From TPA_inf: Saccharomyces (lineage: Eukaryota), in assembly GCA_000146045.2 (NCBI GenBank), contig BK006949.2:256001-320000 (forward strand): 64,000 nucleotides of DNA. The letters run 5' to 3'. The position numbers were made by a program, and so were the translations under genes. The notes under the pieces are model-generated. The model was not told where the DNA came from. It saw only the letters and a program-made list of their open reading frames with translations, and searched no databases. Below, piece by piece: positions 60,301 through 64,000 of this stretch; the first letter of the stretch is position 1, and every line of letters starts with the position of its first letter.

Positions 60301-60486
60301 TTATGCAAAAACAATGATCCAGTGCATAACATTAGTTTAAAAGATTTTATTTCCCAATCAATGGAATATCTAGAATCACATTTAGGAGTAGAAAGGTACC
60401 AAGAATTTTTGAAGACTATTAACCCTAGTTTACTAGAGAACTTACAAATGTTTTTATCCATCCAGCCTCAAGAGGCTCGTCCATGA
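57388..60486 (+). CDS. KAP120: KAP120 (YPL125W) importin-beta family karyopherin, 1032 aa
   Basis: 1032-aa all-helical HEAT-repeat protein with an N-terminal importin-N-like region. Size and synteny. Confidence 0.9.
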   Translation: MASSLNELNLVQVLEQASNPQHIRSDVQKLAEQQLRQWETQAGFHYLLQSIYLNLSNSLQIRWLAVIQFKNGVDKYWRSTRINAIPKDEKASIRGRLFEMIDEQNNQLCIQNAQASARIARLDFPVEWPTLFEDLENLLNDEIIRKDSVKIYNILMHINQIVKVLGTARIGRCRPAMQSKVPLILPLIVRIYLQSFEEWTTSSNLNYEDLSSLQVSYLALKVLRRIICEGYDRPQTDQSVCDFIKLSVSHFEMLISNHENFKKFDIYEKFIKCLGKLYFNLVTGSPANFILLPCSTQILITYTRLIFDKAPKVYRENSDVTGDFWEQTAIRGLLILKRVINFIHKKGAITLKARSDKLTIDASINKINTEFLNENLITRLVDTLMEWYLRLRPTELENWFMDPEEWINEQMATSYEYQIRPCAENVFQDLMNTFSELLVPYLLKKIENDASKLSNSLDDFLRKDAIYASFQLSASAVSEMVDFDRLLIQVFLPEATNTNISGDELRIIRRRVALIINEWSTVKCSEESKSLCYKLFTNFLTDEDDKVVLLTTVQTVRTMVDDWNFNKDTFQPFLTENVHLLLRKILPSVSLTETRLYVLNTLSDIIIQTKPLISRDLLVEILQIIPNLWEIATNNASEAILANALLRLLRNLVSSLGSQSHLTWDIAIPVVALACDPSSMQYQLLSEDGYELWGMLLQNFSSHDQEFDDKFVELVPFLKYGIETHTEILPTLLEIIKSYALILNPVDFFSNNTFQDIFKQMSKYLLKLREDSFQLVLEIWEILILSNESDYENLLLQKFYETGVLSALFDAIFLEEAPSSYLCSQIIQIIARISYVNPDALMTFLATYHDNLPTSNENARMPESIRKIVSKDQTYDSVVNKLLTGWIVCFRDIFDPKFKKVHILGISSLLRTGLVPILTEFSSIASLWIEMLEEINETNRGDCEKYHLNDIVTEQSIAFHPLTAEQLRYHQLCKNNDPVHNISLKDFISQSMEYLESHLGVERYQEFLKTINPSLLENLQMFLSIQPQEARP

Positions 60487-60640
60487 TAGTAATAAGTACT
60501 AAATAAAAGTAAAAAATTGTATATAGTTCGACTAACAACATTACAGTGGTATCTTTTGATCGCGCATTCTATACTTTTATTTTGCTACTAATTAGATGTC
60601 GCAGTTTTTTTTGTTTGCTTTTTGCGTAATACAAAAACAA

Positions 60641-60649
60641 ACGCGAAAA
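60641..60649 (+). promoter_or_regulatory. ACGCGAAAA (MCB/SCB-like) about 110 bp upstream of SPC29
   Basis: Seen in sequence. Spindle pole body duplication genes are G1/S-expressed. Confidence 0.3.
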
Positions 60650-60754
60650 GTGTTCATGTAATATAATGAAGTAAACCAAGTCTCACGGAATAAAATCACC
60701 TTCTTCCAATTTTGTAAAAGTTTAACCAAAGATCCAAAGTGGCTTGTAGGAATA

Positions 60755-61516
60755 ATGGATTATAGTAACTTTGGAAACAGTGCCAGTAAAAAGTTTCAAG
60801 ACGATACTCTAAACAGAGTAAGAAAAGAGCATGAAGAAGCCTTAAAAAAGTTGCGAGAAGAGAACTTCAGTTCAAACACGTCAGAATTGGGAAACAAGAA
60901 GCACTATAGAGCACAGGAAAGGATGAGTTCGCCATTACATAGATTGTCTCCCACAGGTAAATCAGACGATAGGAAAGTGAAGAGCCCGCTAGATGATAAG
61001 CTAAGGAGGCAATTAAGGGAAGGTAATACGCGACTACCTCCTCCACCATTTTCCAGCTACGGGATGCCACCCACCAACCGATCTAATTTGGATAGAATAA
61101 GAAGAAGGACTAGCTCACCAGTAAGAACTGATAAATTTGCATCACAAAATGTGATAGATGACCAAAGATTAGAAATAAAATATTTAGAACGAATCGTATA
61201 TGACCAAGGCACTGTCATTGATAATCTAACATCAAGAATAACAAGACTGGAATCATTCATACTGAATTCGATCTCAGACAGAGGAGATAAAAATTTTGCC
61301 TCTCTCGAACACTCCCGCTCTTTTTCTGGGTTTCCGACCAACAAGACGTATGGCTTACAAATGGGTGGACTGTATGAGAATGATATGCCCTATCGAAGAA
61401 GTAGCGACAACATTAATAAAGAAGGAGCAAGAGAAGATCGATCGTCACAAATCCATATTGAAAATGAAAGTACGGAGGATATACTAAAAATATTGTCTTC
61501 GTCTTTTCACAATTGA
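60755..61516 (+). CDS. SPC29: SPC29 (YPL124W) spindle pole body central plaque component, 253 aa
   Basis: 253-aa basic Ser/Arg-rich protein with a short coiled coil. Assigned by length and synteny. Confidence 0.85.
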
Positions 61517-61640
61517 ATTAAGTACTTAACTAAATAATACCAGCATAATCGTAACTAAAACTAAAATATAGATATACGCATTTCAATCTTTTCTTCTCAG
61601 AGAAGGGTAAAGCTAAATGAAGTTTTCAATCGGAAAACTT

Positions 61641-62945
61641 TTAATTTTTGATGAATTTTAATTTAAACTTATATTTCTTGGAATTTTGTTCATCGTCTAC
61701 AGAGAAAATGGGGCTTTGATTCCTTCTCCTTGGATAGGTGTCACCGCCCCAGTTGTAGTTACCAGAATAACCAATATATCCGTCTCCTCCTTTCGTTGGA
61801 TCAAAATCGAATTGACCTGCATCCTTAATGTTCCTGAATTTGCAGACCAATTCATTAGATGAAGACGAAATAATGTCACAAAACCCTTGGTTAGTTCTCA
61901 AGTAGTAATTCCCATAGGGAGATTTAATCAACTCGTAATTCGCTGGTGTACCTTGACTCATCCAGTGTCCATTCTTGATTAGAAAGCCTTGCATCTGATC
62001 TCCATTATTAATATTTGATAGACGAACGACTCCTCTGTATCTTGCTCCCTTATTAGGTCTCCTCCTGAAAGTTGGGACATAACCTTTTGGAAAAAACTTA
62101 ATACCATCTTTTTTACAATTTGTTCGAATGGCAAGTGAGTCCATGGGCACAAACATTTCGCTCAAAAGGGAACCCTTCAAGTGGTTATAATACCATACTT
62201 CGTTTAAGGAATTATGTCTATCACAGCCTATGAAGACTTTTTTTCCTTCAAACTCTTTACTTAGTGCTGCCTCTATCTGCTCCAAAGAATAGGAATTGTC
62301 CACACTTGGGACAATATTATTTTTTTCTAGTGTTGAAAATGTGTCCAATTTCTTGAATAGATTATAAGTTATTCTAAAATAATCATAGACCGCTCTTTTT
62401 CTGTCAACACTATTAGCACCCCACTCAGTATAGCACTCTGGTCTAATTGTGCTAATGCACGTGCCATGTTTATTAAACTCGTGTATCCATAAGGACTCAT
62501 GATTCCCGTTATTACTCTTCCAATATAAGTCTAGGTATTCAAGCAGCTTTTCGCCCGATATTTGCAGGGATGTATCATTATTATTAAATTTCTTGTCATG
62601 CAATAAGTAGTAAACATCGTCAATTTGTAAGGACCTATTACAGAATTGTTGGTAGCCACCATGACAATTATCTGGCCATAATCCGTGAATTGTAAATGAA
62701 TCTAGAGGCCCTAACTCCTTCACTAATTCAGTTTCATTTAAATCGTTTTTGCTTGGAAAGTAATTCCAGAATTGGGTTTGTAAAAATATTCCACCTGGAT
62801 ATTCAAAACAACACGAGTTGTCTATATCAGTTTTATTGGAACATGATAATGGAATGTTTATAGGGCAGTTTGGTTCTATACCCTTATCTGCTCCATTCGA
62901 AAAAATTGGTAGTTGTAAGAGACTGTGTAAGTTTTTCAGTAACAT
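61641..62945 (-). CDS. RNY1: RNY1 (YPL123C) secreted/vacuolar RNase T2 family ribonuclease, 434 aa
   Basis: Signal peptide, RNase T2 CAS I (FTIHGLWPDN) and CAS II (IHEFNKHGTC) active-site motifs, C-terminal extension. Track start at 62951 is a GTG; first ATG is 62945. Confidence 0.9.
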   Translation of the reverse strand: MLLKNLHSLLQLPIFSNGADKGIEPNCPINIPLSCSNKTDIDNSCCFEYPGGIFLQTQFWNYFPSKNDLNETELVKELGPLDSFTIHGLWPDNCHGGYQQFCNRSLQIDDVYYLLHDKKFNNNDTSLQISGEKLLEYLDLYWKSNNGNHESLWIHEFNKHGTCISTIRPECYTEWGANSVDRKRAVYDYFRITYNLFKKLDTFSTLEKNNIVPSVDNSYSLEQIEAALSKEFEGKKVFIGCDRHNSLNEVWYYNHLKGSLLSEMFVPMDSLAIRTNCKKDGIKFFPKGYVPTFRRRPNKGARYRGVVRLSNINNGDQMQGFLIKNGHWMSQGTPANYELIKSPYGNYYLRTNQGFCDIISSSSNELVCKFRNIKDAGQFDFDPTKGGDGYIGYSGNYNWGGDTYPRRRNQSPIFSVDDEQNSKKYKFKLKFIKN

Positions 62946-63225
62946 TGACACAGTACTTTAGTTTGAAATATCTTAAATAGTTGGCCTTGCAATAGGTCGA
63001 AAGTTGAAGCGTTAATTATAAATTCGGTAGTTCCCCTACTTTTCGATAGGTTTGCATTTAAGGGATATTTTAGGAAAAGCTTAGATACCGAAATTTTGTT
63101 GATAGAGATGCAAAAGAAGAAAGAATGAAAAAGGAAAACAATTACTGCGCAAGAAAGACGCGTGTGTTAGCGCAATTGTTACGTTGAATGCATTGATATG
63201 TAGGGGCATATATATGTATATATAC

Positions 63226-64000
63226 TTATTGTTTCTTTTTCAACTTTCTTTTAGCGAAATCAAGTACTTGAGAATTACCTTCCTTTGAGATGAAAAATTT
63301 CTTCTTTTTGTCGTCTTTCCACAACAAAACACCGATATCTTGAGCGTACTTACTTAGTAAGTTGTATTCTTGACTAGTCTCAAAATCAGAATATAAGGAA
63401 CCTTCATATGTAATGACTCTATCTAACTCTAATTGCCATAATCTGATTTGATCTACGACGGTAGGAGGCAAAACTTGTAAAGGCTCCTTACAGTTGGGGT
63501 CCAGCTCTAATTTTTTTTCTAGTTTCTCTTCTGCCAACCTTCTCATTTGAGGATGTGCATGTGTCTCCAGATAGGCAATGATTTGGTCGGCAGTGATACC
63601 ATTGGTCAATGCTCTTCTTATGGATTCCCTTGTTATTTGACCCAATACCATATTCACAAATCTTGCCTTTAAATGAACAAAAAGAGACAAAACAGCAATT
63701 TGCAGAGGTGAATTAGAATATGAATAGATTTTGAAATTTGTTTCTACAATCAATGAGCCATCGGGTATATCTTGATTTTTTAGACCTGCTTTGTTCAAAT
63801 CATCTGATGTAGTGATATCTGTTGTGGATTTCCCGTTGGCGCCGTCTTCATTTACTGACGGCTCTTCTCTATTCTGTCTCAGTACACTATCCATCGCATT
63901 GGAGGCAGATCTGATTGTCTTGGTATCGGAAGTCAGCATCAAAGCTAATTTTGTTGGATAAAAAATGCTATCATTTGAATGCTTCTGGAATACCAAACCA
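63226..64000 (-). CDS. TFB2: TFB2 (YPL122C) TFIIH p52 subunit, C-terminal ~258 codons; 5' end lies beyond window end
   Basis: Minus-strand frame remains open to the window edge. The track M at 63996 is a TTG artefact. C-terminal sequence ...[22 protein letters not shown]... is consistent with the p52/Tfb2 C-terminus. Synteny. Confidence 0.8.
   Translation of the reverse strand, partial: GLVFQKHSNDSIFYPTKLALMLTSDTKTIRSASNAMDSVLRQNREEPSVNEDGANGKSTTDITTSDDLNKAGLKNQDIPDGSLIVETNFKIYSYSNSPLQIAVLSLFVHLKARFVNMVLGQITRESIRRALTNGITADQIIAYLETHAHPQMRRLAEEKLEKKLELDPNCKEPLQVLPPTVVDQIRLWQLELDRVITYEGSLYSDFETSQEYNLLSKYAQDIGVLLWKDDKKKKFFISKEGNSQVLDFAKRKLKKKQ

Overview
The window is a Saccharomyces cerevisiae nuclear segment from the left arm of chromosome XVI, running from YPL156C to YPL122C. 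I recognise it from protein sequences (PEP4, RAD53, RPL5, ISU1, KES1 and others), from the U3 snoRNA sequence, and from the conserved gene order. It is an ordinary, densely packed housekeeping region, not an accessory island, and I find no evidence of a novel biological system.

**Gene content.** The window holds about 35 protein-coding genes in this order: PRM4 (3' end cut by the window start), KIP2, PEP4, RAD53, RRD2, PRP46, YPL150W, ATG5, PPT2, PXA1, NOP53, KES1, POC4, RPL33A, FRK1, MKK2, UME1, SPP1, GIP3, ISU1, ODC1, RDS2, COX11, RPL5, SPO19, TAF14, TBF1, HHO1, NAN1, KAP120, SPC29, RNY1 and TFB2 (partial at the window end). There is also one RNA gene: the intron-containing U3 snoRNA SNR17B, at 25056..25517 on the minus strand.

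**Introns.** I can place three spliceosomal introns exactly from GTATGT, TACTAAC and YAG signals. They are in SNR17B (130 nt), RPL33A (525 nt, after a 19-nt first exon) and TAF14 (105 nt, after a 9-nt first exon).

**ORF-track caveat.** The supplied ORF track evidently allows GTG and TTG starts. Several track ORFs therefore begin a few codons upstream of the first real ATG. I corrected these for KIP2, RAD53, PRP46, YPL150W, POC4, SPP1, COX11 and RNY1.

**Regulatory motifs visible in the sequence.**
- Two ACGCGT MCB elements sit upstream of RAD53.
- PAC and RRPE ribosome-biogenesis elements sit upstream of NAN1, and also upstream of NOP53.
- Two Rap1-like sites plus a T tract sit upstream of RPL5.
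- A TGCACCC Aft1/2 site sits upstream of ISU1.
- CGCGAAA boxes sit upstream of HHO1 and SPC29.

**Repeats.**
- A (TTC)9/(ATTTTC)3 coding repeat in NOP53 encodes an E/N-rich acidic tract.
- A (TA)13 microsatellite lies between NAN1 and KAP120.
- Poly(dA:dT) tracts occur in divergent promoters.

I found no tRNA genes, transposon LTRs, CRISPR arrays or prokaryotic-type features.

**Worth a second look.** The most notable observations are the split U3 gene hidden under spurious ORFs, a 32-codon small ORF in the RAD53-RRD2 divergent promoter (probably YPL152W-A), and the 1.45-kb ORF-free FRK1-MKK2 interval. All of this is consistent with existing annotation.
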